Shown one piece after another: positions 35,401 to 50,400 of a stretch of DNA of 64,000 bases. The DNA lies in contig JAYWIR010000011.1 in assembly GCA_036172245.1 (NCBI GenBank), positions 2,294,001 to 2,358,000 of the forward strand. Direction: 5' to 3'. Position 1 is the first letter of the stretch, and each line of letters opens with the position of its first letter. The notes beneath the pieces are model-generated. The model saw only the letters and a program-made list of their open reading frames with translations, was not told the origin of the DNA and made no database searches. The position numbers and the translations under genes are program-made. The DNA comes from Raillietiella orientalis. Its lineage: Eukaryota.

Positions 35401-38400
35401 CGCGTGAGTCACAGCGAAGGCCATGGACGCGCCCTCCCGCGCACTCGGGGAGGCTGACTGGGGGAGGTGGCGGCGGGTCGCCCCAGACGTGTTTCCGGAA
35501 GCAGCGAGAGAGACCGCTTCTCGATAGACGCCGGTTGGCAGCAAACGCGGGAGCAGGTTCGAACGGACGTCGCAGCCGCTCGTGTGGCCTGCTGTAGATC
35601 ACCTGACAACCAGACTCCTCAGCTGCTCCCAGTGGCGGGACCGAAGAGCGGGGTTTCTGAGGTCCGTCATGATGAGTATCATCTCCCGTAGGTGCCCTAG
35701 CTCGGACTTTACGTGATCGACGATCGCCCACGGCCCGTATCGTAGTTCTTCTAAGTACTTGGAGAACTCGCGATGCAACTGAAGCAGCTGAAAAGAGCGC
35801 CATCTTTGAAGAGGGGACGGGTTCTCCTCCCCTCCCTCCCTTCTTTCCATCCGTTTCAAGTGGGCGGATGCAAGGCGAGAGGAGACGCAACTGCTGCAGC
35901 AGCACTGCTAGTGCTGCTGCTTTGGCAGCTTTCGGAACTGAACATGGGGAGAGGGGTGCAGAGACCTGTTGCTCCAGCATATCCATTGGGAACGCATACG
36001 CTGGTTGAGGAGCGAAGATCTCCAGCAGTGCGACGAACTGCCCTTTCAGCTCCCAGATGGTCAGCAGCTGCCTGATCTCCTGAAAGTAGTGCAGCGAGCG
36101 TTGGTGAATGCCCTAGGAAAAGTTGAGAACAGACCTCTGCGCAGAAGAGCGCTGCAGGCTGCGTGAGAGGGGACTGAGCAAACCGACGCTCTGCGCCTGC
36201 GCGACTGAAAGCCCCGTTCTCGAGAACACCCTCAGTCAGGATGTCTCTCGGTGTGCGGTGGCGTCACGTGCGCGTCCCCAGAGCGAGAACCCGGGAAGCG
36301 CTTAAGGTCTGCATCGAAAGTTTCTCTTGCGGGGAAGAGGCGACGACGCGGTCGCGGCGTTTGCCTTGCCTTGGACGGTCTCGACCCCCCGGCTTAGAGG
36401 CGTTGTGCCTCTCTGTGCCAGGGAGAGGACGAATGCTAAGCGACAGCTCCCGCCCTCGCTCCATCCGCGCTATGCAGCGAGGCGACCCGAATCCACGAAA
36501 GTCGGCAGCACGTGGTGGGCAGAACACGGTGCTGCCTTGCTGCGCCGGGTACTCGTGGCACGCCGCGAGAACGTTCGCGACACGCGACGCGGCAGTGATG
36601 CGAATGGACTGTTTGCCAATGCATTGAGGACAGCTTTGAATGAGTTGCGTACGGACGTTTTCTCGCAGCGCCTTGGGGCACTTTCTGTCGAGTCCACTCA
36701 CGTCCGGGTCTCGTCGTCCGCTTCCCCCCCCCCCTTCCCATTTTGCTGCGAGACGTTTTTTCACGTGGTCGTGTCGGCACCTGGCGCATGTGGAGCCAGG
36801 AGACTTTCGGGAGAGAACGTTCTGCGGCCTCCCTCTGAAGCTTTCTCTTCTTGCTCCGATGGGAAGCTTCCGGATCGCAGCAGCCAAGTGCTCCTGAGGC
36901 ATTGGCTAGGAGGGAGCTTCTCCCACGACGAAGAATGGGGCGCCGTGCAAGAATCGCCTGCGGGACGGGCAAGGCCCGTGGGAGTTCCGATCCCTTGGAC
37001 CTGAGCGCCGTGGCACTCGAGCGCGGGATGCACGTCGCCGCAGCCATCTTCAGCAGAAAGAGTGTCCATTGCAGTGGCTCGAAAGAGGGGGAACAACTCG
37101 GGTGGTTCCATTTGCGGACCAAGGCTTGAGCATCCATGGTTACCGAACCTGGTGCTTGCGGCCGGCTGGTAGGTCGATCGCTCATTCAGCAGATGCAGCA
37201 TCGATAGGCAACATCGTGCGTGCCGTGTATTTTTCCTTTTTTTTTTTTTCTTCCCTGACGGTGGCAATGTCTGCTGGATGGTCCCCATGATAGTCTTAGA
37301 GGTTCGCAGGCGTTGCTGTACTTAGAGGCCGCTGGTCTGTGCAGCTGTTGAGGCACTTGTGGCGGAAAAGACATGGCGATGCTGGAAAAGTGACGAAACC
37401 CCCGAGAGGGAAAAGCAGTCAACACGAAATTCGCCGCTCTTCAACGTCCCAGCCAATGCCCAGCGAAGACGAGGAGGAGGAAGAAGAGAGGCCACAAAAA
37501 AAAGGGGGAGGGGGTGCGGAAAGCGTTCGAACCATTCTGAATTTCATCTCCGTCTCCAAAGAACGCGTCCCGCACCGGAACCGCCTCGACGACGGTCTGT
37601 CTGTCTACACGGGATGGCTGCAGTACGGTGCGTTGACAAGGCAGCATTGGGCGGGGCATGCGAAGCGCGCGCGCTCCTGCTTTCCTGAATGCTCGCGAGA
37701 GGTGGCGTCACTCGTCTATGGGACAGAAGCTGCTGCATTGCTGGAACGAAGCAAAGTGCGACAGCGACGTGGTCCGTTTCGTGGAGGCTGCACTAGGTCA
37801 AGGTCACTGAAACCCTTTATCCCAAAGGGCTCCGCCCTGAGGGCTGGCCGGGCACCCCCCAAGTGGTCGTTCACACGGAGAGCAGAGCTGACGCCGCCGT
37901 TTGCTCGTGGTCATGTCTTTATTCAGTCGCGGACAGGGAGGGAGTAGTCCCTGGTGAGTTGGAGGGCAAAGCTCAGCAGCGTTGACGCCGCGCGGGTAGA
38001 GTCCGACCTTCTCGCTTGCACCCGCGCGACTTACTTCCTGCAGGGCGGCGCCCTCCGCCAGCTCGTCGACGTGCACTTGGAGGGAGGACAGCTGCTCGCA
38101 AACCTCGCGGTGCTCGTCTTGCAGACCAAGAAGCCTCAGTCGAAAGCCATCCAGGATCTGAAGAGCCTCTGAAACAACCCATGGAAACGATCAGGGAGAA
38201 ACGTCCCGTGCGGGGTGGCGTGAGTGCAGCATTCGACCCGGAGCGAAGATGCATCCGGCGGGAGTCGCGTCAGACTCTCGTCCACCGGAAGGACATCTGG
38301 TCGCAGCGCTTCTCTTCAAACCTGGCGATTCCCCTTGTGCGGCTCCGTGTCCCTGTCTGCCTCTTGGCAGAGGGGACGTTGCTGCTGCTGCTGGAGGGGG

Positions 38401-41400
38401 AATTCCAGAGGAATGCACTCCGTGCCTCTGCTTCCCTTTGGATGCTGGCTCCGTATCGTCGAAGGAGCAGTGTCGTTCAGTGCGAGCACGTCCCAATGCA
38501 GAGGGGCAGGTCGTGAGTTCGAAGGTGGCGAGAATGCGCGTCTTTGCGCGGGTCAACCAGGGACGCACCTCACGGTATTCGGGAAGAAGCCGCGGCGGGG
38601 AATCCGCTCAACTCGTGTACGCAGCCCATGTGTATCACTCACATTACCGGGGCGAGTGGGGCGCTGTTACGCCAGAGGGCGGCTGTTTTCCAACACCTCT
38701 CGTCATTTCTTCGGCCCACCCCCTTCCCTGCAGTTCCTGTTTGACGCCGCGAGGCAGGAATCGCATCGAATGAGGACGGCGCGGACGGACGACCCGAGGC
38801 TGATTGCCGGCCGACGTTCCTGACCCCGGGAGAGAGTCATTTCGCGTGTTCTGCAAGGTGCGGCTCCCGCCTTTGATTGGTCAGGTGGACTTGGACTTGG
38901 ACTTGGTCGCACTCTTCGGCTCCTCGAGAGCAAGAGGAGATGCTCGTCACTGCGTTCCTCGCGGTGGGTGTCTTTTTTTTCCCTTCATCCTTCGGAAGCG
39001 CCGGGAGGCACGAAGCGGAAATCGCGAAAGCAGAACAACTGAGAACGCGGGCATCCAGCAGAAGGAATGAGAGAGGGCGCCTACCCGCCTCAAGGAGCAC
39101 TGTGCACCTACCCCCCGAACCAAGGGAGCACAGATGCGGCAGCGTTCCCTTTTTCTGGGATCCGAGGCCGTCCCTCCACCCAGTCAGAGATTCTCTGCTC
39201 GCGCGTTTGAAATCCACAGAACGAACAGCCCACGGACGGCCGGTTGCCCGCGTCCTCACGAGCAGTGCCGCTCGACGCTGTCGCGCTCTCGCGGAGCGTA
39301 GTCGAGACGAGGCAACTCCTGCGAACCCGTCCAGAGTTGAAAAAGTGGGCGCATGGTTTCCGAACGAGTTCGTCTCCCGGCATCTCCCGCCGCCATACGT
39401 CGCTGCTGCGCGTGCGGTGCACCAAGGAGGAGTGAATTCCGGGGTGCGCGAGCGAGCCACGTGAGCAGCCACAGACGAGACTCCCAAGCTGCAGAGAGAA
39501 GGAGGAGGTCGCTTCCAGCGCTCCTCCTCCTCCCCAATCTTCTCTCTTCTTCCGAGAGGATGGCAGGAGAAAAGCATGAAACGGTTGCAGAGACTGCTGC
39601 ACCGCTGCCGCCGCCGGAGGCCGTCCCACCGGTGAGGCAACCGAAAGGATCGAAAACAGCGGCAGGCGAAGGGCTTATCCGCGCGGCCCGTCACTCGGGC
39701 TGCCTTTGTCCGCCGCGACGGGAAGATGGTGGAAGAAGGGACGTTACCATCGTAGGGGAACGTCGGCGAGAATGGTCCTCCGGCACGGAACTCTTCGAAC
39801 AGAGAGTGAAATCTGCTCCGGATCCGATCGGCGCTTGCCAGCAGGGATCTTATAAAGCTCTCCTAGTGTATGGAAACACCCACATTAAAGAAATTAAAGG
39901 AATTAGGCTGGGGATGGGCCACACGCTTCAAGGATCTCATCCACGTGGGCCGCATCGAAGCGGAGCTTTGGTAGAAACCGCACGGATGCAAACGCCGAGG
40001 AAGCGCGCTCAGGCAAGCAAGAAGGCGAGTAAGAGGGATCGTCCGTGCCTTGCTGTCCTCCAGATTGCTCCCCATGACCTTCAGGGCTGCCAGGAATGCG
40101 GACCACTTTCCCGGCAGCTGCTCCATCAGGGCTTGCACGTCCTTGGGGATGAAGACGTTGTGCTTCTTAATGATCTGGAACTTCTCGTACAGGCTGTCAA
40201 ACTGCCATTCCTTCAGCGGCACTTCTGCCTGGATTTCCTCGTGCAGCTTCAGTGCGCCGTGGAGCTCCGGCAAAGTTTCCGGTAAAGCCCGGATCCTGGA
40301 ATCGCCCACGCTAGACTGCCGGGCGCTGGGTGGTCTCGAAGACTCACCTCCGCAGCCTGTCATCCATGTAATCGTAAGCTCCGTACAGCTCTTGTCTTGC
40401 GCAGAGGAGCAGCAAAGTACCCAGCTCGCATTGCCACGCTCTGCACTGATTGATGGCTTCTTCCTTGAGGGAAGCGCAGCTCGCGACGACAAACTGATGG
40501 GTGAGCAGGGGGGCCCTTTTGCGAATGACCTCGATGAGCTGGTAGAATCTGAGCGGACCGTGGTGAAGAATCCAAGGAGGGCTCCCCGGGGTGCTTTACC
40601 TGCTGATGTCTACGTCGAACGCCTCGTTTGTGGGATTCATCCCTAGATACACCTGGAGAAAATTCCTCCTGTCTATGGTCCACAGATATTCGAAAACGGA
40701 CCACTCTTGCAGGTATTCTTCCAGTCTCGTGCAGACGTAATGAGTTGCTGGGGTGAAAAGAGAGGGAGAAAGAACCTTGATCTCATCTCACCAAAGAGGA
40801 ACACGAGATTAGTCCTTCCCACCGTGTTCGGACAACACGTGACAAGTCAGGTGTCAGGTGGGTTCTTTTCCGTCGCGACCGCGCACGATGAAGAGTGGAA
40901 GAAGCACGCGAGAGCTTCTGTCCCGAGGGGAGAGACACCTTCCGAGGAAGCGTCCGATTCATCAGAGTAGCCAACCGAGGTGTTCACATGCGGGCACGCC
41001 GCTGCGTAAAGATGAGGAGGGTTGCTCTCAGTCAGCCACGCGGCGTCGTTCCGTGCACCATTTTCGTGGAGACCCCCAATACGTGAGCATAGTTGCGTTC
41101 GATGCCAACAACCTGTTTGTTGACGGGCAGGAGATGAAGGCAGCAGCTTACATGACTGTGCCTTCATCCCCAGCTACACAAGAATCCTCACCCCGGAAAA
41201 GGAGCGGGGACCTCGAATTTTCCCGAAAGAGGAAGCTACGAGCGTGTCCCCATCATCATCGCTTGCACTCATCGCTGCCACACTTTGACTGCACAAGATC
41301 CCTGGTGGGCCCAGAAGGGAACGATCGCCGTGAAATTTGTTCTTGGGCATCGGCGGTGCCCCAAAGAGGAACCGCAGGAATGCAGCCACCTCGTTCTGCC

Positions 41401-44400
41401 GTGTAGCTGTCTGCAGCACGCCGCGAACAAGATGCTGTCCTAAGAGTTTTCAATGCCTTTTTCAACACTTTTCTTTTTCTGGTACGGACGGACCATCTCG
41501 ATGTGTGTGTGTGTGTGTGTGTGTGTGTCAGGGCCTGCAAGACCCAAGACGTGAGTGCACCTTTCGGACGCATCGCTTGCCAGCTTCAGTTGGAAGTTGT
41601 CACTAGAGCAGGTCACTCCAGCAGGTTGGGCAACTCTGCTGATTAACGGACGTCGGTTCCTCCTCTGTTGAACGACGGGCCAAACGATGGTCTACGCCGA
41701 GACATTCACAAAGCGCATGCGGCGGTTTTTTCCGTTGCTCGAACGTGGCGGAGTCCACCTCGAGTCCTCACCCACGTTGCTTCCTCGTTGCGCAAAAGAG
41801 AGTTTGGCCGCGCGCTCCGTTGAAAGTTTCGCTGGTTCTGAAGGTGATGGGGTGCCGACCAGAGAGATCTTCCGGCGAAGCACCACATATCCTTAGCGCC
41901 TGGTCTTGTTACCTTCTGTAATGAGAGCCTGTATCCGTCGACACTGTGGCTTCGCGGACAGGGCGTCGGCGATCGATGGAGACTCCTCAGCGAAGGACAT
42001 GGAAGCGGCAATCTCAAACACGTGAGGGAGGAACGACAAATTCCCTGCAAGCGTCTGCAGAAAACTGGTCAGCATGGAACGCACGTCGGACAGGGGAGGA
42101 GCATAAGACAGCTGACGAGAAAAGACAGTGTGGGGAACCCCGCCCGCCCACGAGTGACTTCTCACCTTTCCGTCGCTTAGAATGAGCTGTATCACAAAAA
42201 TGCGGCAAGGGTCGTTTCTGATGTCACCGTTCAACATGACGTTAAATTCCTGCATGGATTTTCTTATGCTTAGAGTTAGTGCTTCTATCAAGACGTTATC
42301 TATCCTCTTCATGTATTTGTACCACTCCATGTGTACCTAGAAAGGACCGTTCATCGACGGGAAGCTCAGCCGTCAGTCGACAATCGGGAAAACAAACACC
42401 GAAAGACAGGCCAGTGGTGTGCTTTTGGCATCACGACAACAACGTTGCCGACATCGCCAAGCTCGACGAAATTCTGTTCTCTTGTCCTCTCGAAGCGGGA
42501 AACCCCCATGGAAAGGATCCGTTGAAAGGGATGCCTCCCCCCCCCCCCCTTCCCGAATATCTGGAGCGTTTTGCAGAACGCGTGACTCGCGAAGCCATTT
42601 TTCCAGATGCAAATCCTGCCGATGCGATGCAACTGACGGTGAGTTTGTGTTGGCAGCGCACGACCAGCTCTGTAGTCTCCTGCAATAGCGAATTCCGTGC
42701 CAGGGACCCGTGCAGTCCGTGCCGGGTCCAGTTCGAGACCCGGCGAAAAAGAGTTCCGTCGACAGTTCGGCGGCACCCGCTGTCGCGGGGCGCAAGAATG
42801 ACCAGCAGCGAGCGTTCTCCCACGGCCTCGTCATAACGCTGGCGACCGAGGGAAGTGGGTGTTAGGGGAGTGGGGCGGGGTGGAGGAAACACGGGTTACA
42901 TGCGCTGCAAGCTGGGGTCTCGTGGCAAGGCCACCGCCTTCAGTTTGTTCGCGTCGGCACCCACGGCTTTCGCCGGCGTCAAGGAGACCTGCCTAAGGTT
43001 CACAGATGAGTTTCCCGGTTATTACGATGTGAAGCTACGCGCGGCTACGTGCACAAAGGGAAAGCAGAGAGTGGAAAAGATCTGGCTCAAACTGATGCAC
43101 GGTCACGAGGAGACACCCCTCTCCCCTGTATCACATGAGAACTCCTCAATGCCCTCAACCCTGCCCTGAATCAAAGTGCAGATGGAAGCTAGGAGGGCGG
43201 GTTCGTGGCAGTCTGAGCAGGCAGCGAGATGCACAGGAGCGGGGCATTCGCCGGATGCACCTCCGGTCCGATGAGTCCCAGGTGAGCAAGAGCAGGGAGC
43301 TGGGTGCGAACCGGAGTAGAGGACCAGGAGTGCGCCTGTGAAACCTTGAAATCAGGTTCACGCCGAATCTGGGGAGAAGAAACACGTATCTGGTGACTGC
43401 CGACTCTTGACTGCTCCAAGCTCGTGCAAGAAGTTCCGGGCGGTGGGAAGTGAAAGCAGTTCCCATCAAGCAGAACGAGGAACCAGCGGGAGGCCGCGAG
43501 CGCCCAAAACTCGCCGCGGAGCGATCCTTCCCCTCCCTTGATCCGTATTGAGCGACGCTTCCCTGCTTCCCTGCCTATTATGTAGCTTTTCTAAAGTCCT
43601 CGCTAGCCGGCTTTAAGGGAGGGACACGGTGCGTCGCGGTCAGTGGCTTGAATCCCGTCCCCCCCCCTCACTGGATAGTCATCTTCCTTGAAATGGGAGA
43701 AAAGCCGTTTCAGGTGGGCGCACATGTTTTCGATCTTCTCCCTTACGAAGGACTGAACCACTTTCCTGGAAGAGACCAAAAAGACACAAATGTTGTATTT
43801 TTTTTTCGCATCGCCGCTACTGCTTTCCACATTTTCGCCTTATTTCCCCCTCTCCCTTCCCTTTTATCGAGCAAATTAAAAACACCCAGTAACTTTGAGA
43901 ACGTAGCTCGAAGAACGCGATCTCCTTACCTCGATGATTTGCTGAAGAATTGGGAGGGGATGCTTACCGTTGATTCGACTGCAGCTCATCCCACTCCTCG
44001 AAGGAGTAAGTCTTGGAAGGATCCACGTCGACCATCTTGAATTCGCTGATCTCGCGGAATATGCGGCTGATTTCCACATTGGTCGTCTTGTACTGATCTA
44101 CAACCAGCTGAAACTGAACGCTCCGTTACCCGGTTGATCAGGTTCCCTTCACAAACAGTAAGCACGAGCGGAGGCTCCACACTTTTAAGGTCTGTGAAGG
44201 TGGTGCAGCGTGTGTTGGAAAAAAGCTCAGTGAGGAATGGGCGCTCCCCGCTCTCATGGTGCGAGTTCCAGAGTCACCTTGGTGCTGCAAGACCGTTCCG
44301 AAAGCGAACCAGGTACCGAAAGGTGTGCAAGAGCGAAAAAAAAGCGCTGTCACACTCTCCTCCATACGAAGGTTACGAGGTGACACCCCGGTGAGGTTCC

Positions 44401-47400
44401 CATCCTTGGAAAACGGTGGAACAGTTCTATAATAACTGGAACGCGGCGAGTGTATACTGACGTTTCCAATCTGAGGCGGATTCCGTGAGAAAAATAAAAG
44501 CAGAGTTGCTGCAGTAGGAAAATGCCTCCGAAAATGGACCCCAAGACAAGTGCACAGAGCGTGCAAATCTGTACTGTACAGCACTTGTTAAGGTGCTGTA
44601 CAGTACTTGCTAAGGTACTCCGTACTTTTGGGTGCTTATCAAAATCGAGAATGCTTGGTCGGCAAGCGAAAACCCAAGTAGCATTTCATTCATTTCTTGC
44701 ACCGAATACAACCTTGGCACACGCCTGCTTCGCTTCCAGAATGTAGTGGTCCGCAAATTGCTTCGACGTCCACAAAACTTTGGATAATCCTATGGACACT
44801 TTTTTCTCAAGTTCGGTAATCCTTTCGGTAAACAAACGCCTTTCCTCTATTGAAAGAGCTGAAATTTGACGGTTTAAGCCTGCATGCTCTCCCCAGGACC
44901 CGCGTACAGATGATTTGATAGTTGAATTCATGGACCAAAACATCGACGTTCTCCTTCAGTCTCCGTAGCTCCTCCCTTCTTGAGAAGAGCTCAGCAGTTT
45001 CACGTGGTATTTCGAATTTCACAGACTCCCAGAAGTAAATTTCTTGGATCAGTTTCAAAACTGATCTGAAAAAGAAAAAATTTTTTTCTTTTCATTTCAA
45101 ATCACTCAAAGTGACAACATGATGATGGTAACGAGTCCGTTTCATCTCAGAGTGCTTCAAGCGCATGACGGAACCATTGCTTTCATTCCATCAACAAGGC
45201 ATCAATGTGACAACCGTAGATGAAACGAAAGAGAGATCGAGAGAAGTTGGATACAAAGGGTGGGCTACCCGGAACCACACGCACGTCTTTCCGCAGGTCT
45301 GAACGAAAAAGAGACTCCGAAATGAACTCGAAGGACGCCTCGAAAAAATTCTCCAAAGAGTTCTTTAGAATCCCGGAGTTGTTGAAAACGATAAAGAAAC
45401 AGAAATCCGGGGGAAGAAACGCACTGTTGGTGTAAGCAACAGCGATGAAGGAGCACGATGAATAAAAAGCGCACGGTAAAAAACCACAACCGAGGTCGAC
45501 GACTTTTGCCCACCCACTGAGACGTGACAGTCGCAAGCATAAACCTGCACATGACCTTCACACCGAGAAGCAGAATCGGAAAAGGTCCGTTCAAAGTGGT
45601 AAAGCAAGGGATTCGGTTGCGATCTTCCGGGAGCCTCCGATTCCGGTTTGGAGCGAGGAAACCAGCTGCGAATCCAACTGGACTCGCACTGAGAACAGAA
45701 TTACGGTTCCCATGGAGCACAAGGTTGTCCAGGTCGTGTCCCGCACGTTTCCTTGGGTCGAATACCAAGAGCTGGGAAACCTTCGCGCTTTTCTTCCAGT
45801 TTCGTACACAGTTTCGTTCGCTGTACAGCTCCTACATGGACAGGAGAAATCTGTCGAAAGAAAATTCGTCTACGCGCCTCAGAATGAGTCGTCGTGTGCC
45901 CAAACAGGACAAGAGTTACCGCGTTATCACTGTCATCGTCTTGTTACGGGTTACTCTCTTCGCGAAAGTTGTCAAATGCACATGGGCTTGGTGCATTTCC
46001 TGCAGCGGATTATTCATCTTGATGTTTCCTTCTGGTTTCACAGCCGCAGAAGAAACCGTGCACCTCGTCGGGATGACTTCCTAATGCAGACCTCTCGACT
46101 GCATCTGCTTCCCCCTTCCCCTTGAGTTGAATAAAGCGAGGCGTCGCGGGGAGGCAAATCCAATCCTTTAAGAACCTCAAGGAAAATGCAACACAACAAA
46201 TCACGCAGACGGCGTCAGGGCAAGGACGGAAAGAAGAATCGCTGTGGGTGCCACAAGAATGCTTCCAAAGCGAAACGGTTCGAGACTACGGCGGTTGCGG
46301 AGCGGATGCGGGGCACAGGTCGAGCGAGGAAATCGATCACCAAAGTGGGGAGGAACGAAAGGTGTTTACCGCAAAGAAATGCATGAAGTGGAGGACTTGG
46401 AGCGGCAGCGCGAGATGCAATGAATTCTCGCTCTCGGGAGCCAACATAATCTCGCTTGAAACCAAGGAGTCCCCTTTCAAGACAGTACACACCGCAGAAC
46501 GACAAACTTCACGCTGAAACACCCGACGTTCGTCTTGAAAGTTTCCAGATGTACGAAAAGGCAACCTTTGCGAAAGTCTGGGATGTGCTGGTAATCGCCG
46601 CTCGTCGCAGTCAACTCGAACCGGGGACTTTAAACTTGATAGGAAAGCGAATCTCCAGCTGATCGCGTCAAACATAGCCCTCTTCCCTTACGTCTTTTTT
46701 CCATTGAAGAAACGAATTTCAAGAGACCAATTCTCACGGAGGTCGGGAAGAGGCGCTCATCGCACCATAATTGACACCGCCTCTGCAAACTTTTGACATT
46801 TAGGGAATGAACCGGCAACAGAGGATAGCAAATTCTTTACGAGGGTTTGGGACGCTCCAGCAGGTTGGTATTCTCCGAACCGGAAATCAGTCTCGGCTGT
46901 GAAAATCCATTCGCGTTCCACCAAAATGTAACCGGAGCAAGGTCGGGCGTTCTGCTTGTTCTCAGCTGTGTTTCAAAGCCTCTACATCGAAACTCCAGGG
47001 GGAAACTTTTAATCCGGGTCTCCAAGAGGAACCGTCCCTCACGTGAGCAATACTGGGAATCATGCAGCACGCTCCGCTTTCCTCGTCTTCTCGTTCCCGG
47101 GAGGCAGGAAAGGTGAAGTTTAAGTCACATCGCCTCATCACATGAGCCGCAGTCCGTAATTCAATTCAAGGTCCCTCACTCCTACTGAGTTTCCGGGTTA
47201 TCCCGGACACAGCCAATTGTCGAATGGACATCTCCATCTCACGAGGACGTAATCAGTCATCGAGAGAACATCTCTCGAGCACCCAAGATCAACATTTTCC
47301 ACAAGCTGGCACTTTCATCCACGCCCTCCATCCCACGCACACAGAGTTCGTTGGACACATGGGAGACCGGAGGAGAGTTTCTCCCCTTTCTCCCGTTTCC

Positions 47401-50400
47401 TTCTTTCGTTCCTCGCTGCTGCGTCCACCTCACAGAGTTTGCGCTTGTTTCGTTTTCTGAAAATTTTTTCGCTCCTTCCAACCAGACACGTTGAATCCTA
47501 GGAATCGGCACAGATGAAATTCCAGGGGCGAAACTGGGAATCCGAGTCATTTTCCTCCTAAATTGCGGGTATGGATTTACCCATCGGTCGCGCAGCAAGC
47601 GCAAAGCACCTGGGGATTATTGGGCGCTCTGACTGGAACGCTTTCATCCTTCGGTACGTTCCGTGGCTGCTGCCCAATTCGGTTTTACGAGGTGCCTTCG
47701 CATCCCCCTCTCCTAATGGGATAACTCTTAGAAACGGGTGGTTGTGGCAAGCGCTACTCTTGAGGTTGCTGGTGACGCCGCATGGACTTATGGTACATCC
47801 TTTCCTCTGCGACGGATCGCAAAGCCTTTAGCGCCGTGGAAGCTTTCCATTCATTAGCAGCTGCGCTTGTGTGCTTGCAGTTCGGTCGACAACGCTGAGA
47901 GTCTCTTCGCGTGGAGGGACTTCCCGGCACAGTTCGTCGCACCGTCTTTCTGCAAGCCCTCCGCTTGGCGTTCCCTATCCGTTGCTCGATACCCGAAAAG
48001 AATGCGGAACTGCTCGACCACCCCCACCTCCCACAATCCGCTCTGTGGATCGGAGCCCACGATTTGCTACTCTGGATCCGGAATCGGCTTCACATTTGGA
48101 TGTTGCGGTCTGCAACAGCCCTGCCGCGCGGCGCTGAGCTCCATCGCTCCCTACAAGCATGTGTGATTGGGAATTCTTTCCGGAGCTCAAGTTTGGTTGG
48201 ATGATGAAGATTACCGCTACATAAGAAAGATCTGGGATACGCAGCAGCAGCATCCAAGTACAATCCTGTTGTAACTTCCGCTTCTGTGACAGTGAATTCA
48301 TGCGGAAAAGAAACAAAAAAGAGGGCACCTCTTCCCCCACTTTGAGAGGAAGAAACATCCGTCCATTTGTTCCGGACCTTAAACGCCGATCTTAAACTCT
48401 GGCTCATGCCGAATATTGCAACGGATCTTCAAGGCGCCAAACCAGGAATCAGGCAACACCAATCAGTCTGACCCGTCGGAAACAGGAGATTGATTTTGCT
48501 GGAACCGAGAAACGGAGGCCATAACCGTCTAGATTCTGGATGTCCCGGGACGAAATAGGGGGCGAAATAGCAGCCGATGGGGCGCATCTCGTTTTCAAAA
48601 ACATCAGCGGAAACGGAAACCCCTGCGGCATGGATTCGTTCCAAGACGGGAGACCTGTTTGCGCATCTACGAGATGTTTTATTCCAGTTCCCGCCCATCC
48701 AGTTCCCTCATCCTCTGAATCACTACTCGAAGAAATATTCGTACCACCGCCTTCAGAGCTGCCGACCCGCCCCGCGCGCGTATCTCAGACGGTGGGGCTC
48801 CCGCCCGAGTCGAGTTCGAAGCTCGGAAGAAACCCGTCGAAACTTGTTACCTGTCAAAGTTGTTTCCGATTTTGTGGCCATGCTTGGAGTCCCAGGTCAA
48901 AAGAGGAGTAGAAATCAGCTCCAGGGGGTTCGCGGAGACGCAGCTGTTCCACTCGGCAAACGTCTTGCGCATGTACTCGCTTAGGCCTTCCTTCAGACTG
49001 TCGTGCGCGGAGACCAGCTCTTGGTCCTTGCTCAGCTGTCGCACAGTCGCGGTCACATTCTGCGGGATGACTTACACCCCTACCTGTGGGATCCACTCCA
49101 AGCCGAGCACCTGTTGCATGAAAGAATTGAGTCTCGTCTGCAGCATGGACGCGAAAAGAGCTTTCCCCCCGAAGTCTGGGTAAAAAACCGGCAGATTCCA
49201 GTCGTGGGCTGCAAACTCCGTCTTGATCCAGTCCATCTGTTGAAGCAGGGATTTCGAAACCTGAAAACGGAATTTTCAGGAATTTTTGTTCCCGTCTGAG
49301 TCTCGTCTGATCTTCCGAACTGCACTGCGTTTTGCTCGCACACCAGGAAACGCCAAAGGGCTCAAGAAGTGAAGCACAGATTCACGACGCTCGTGAGAGT
49401 TGCGTCGACCAATTTTTATCCCTCCCCTCCACCTGCCTCTTTCCCCCTTTCCTTTTTACCAAAACGGATCGGATTTTGCCCGTATAAGCACCTCAGATGG
49501 AATTTGCTAGCGGAAGTGCATCCAGGAGAAAGTGGGCTTGAAATACGCTCCTGTTGAAGAACATTCGCACGGAGATGTGCAGATTCCTCTCTCCAGGAGA
49601 ATAAGGGTGAACCACTTTCAGAGCAGTGGATTTTCTCAAGTCCATCAAGACAAAGGGGAAAGTCCTGGTCTCTGCACTAAACTAGACGACAGGGCATTCG
49701 AGCAAAGGAGAGACCGCACAGCGATGCTGCGGATCCATTTCGGTGAAGATGGGCAGGTTGCTTTGCCGGAAGTGGTCCCCAGGAGACCGAATGGCCGAAT
49801 TTTCAAGGCACCTTAAGCGATCGGACCGAGAACGGAACACAGCAGTCGCACGCGAACGAACGGAACACGGGCGACGAGCTCGAGCTATAGGCGAGATCTG
49901 GAGCGTGCTCGTTGATCCTGGATGCCCGGAGGAGGAGGGGGAACTCGGTTCTCGGATTCAGGTTGATCCTGACACCATGGTAATTCCGCGTCAACAACAC
50001 AGATGGCGAAAGCTTGCCATCTGTGCCTGTCTTCGCAACGAAAGTGTTAAACGCAACAACAGTTCCGTGTTCATCCTGGCAAGCTCCGTGTTGACCACCC
50101 GGATTGGCAGGAACAAGGGAAGATGAAGAATACCGAGGAAAAATAGCCGTCTTGGAAGGGAGAGAGAAGGACGCGGACGGTTCCTGGTGGAAAGAGGAGC
50201 ATCCCAAATAGCGCCACGATGCGGACGGGGAGGCAGTTTGGAGAGGTGTCCATTGGGAAACACTCTCGGCCCTAAATGAGTGCACATAGAGGGATTTTAC
50301 TTTCGAAATCATATCCTGATAAAGATTGGAAAGCTTCTCTCCTCTGGACAGTTCCCCGAATACATCCAAGAGGTGCACGCCGTCTTCCAGCACATGAACT

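Noticed and set aside
40501..40520. Apparent frameshift in a dynein tail exon at a G-run
   Set aside because: Recounting gives six G's, and the frame [11 protein letters not shown] is continuous, so the gene is not a pseudogene here.
41887..41894. ATATCCTT (AT-AC U12 donor motif) on the + strand
   Set aside because: Antisense to the dynein, with no + strand exon to serve; likely chance.
11000..43600. Hundreds of 60-350 aa Arg/Pro/Gly/Ala-rich ORFs on both strands within dynein introns
   Set aside because: Expected from stop-codon scarcity at high GC; I could not build a nested gene with coherent motifs or splice chains.
45610..45740. hAT-dimerisation-like peptide on the minus strand ([25 protein letters not shown])
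   Set aside because: Resemblance is weak, the ER core is missing, and no terminal repeats were found; needs a profile search.
49060..49083. Apparent 24-nt micro-intron (GTAGGG...CCGCAG)
   Set aside because: The upstream donor at 49110 gives a normal 51-nt intron and a better length match to DNAH2.
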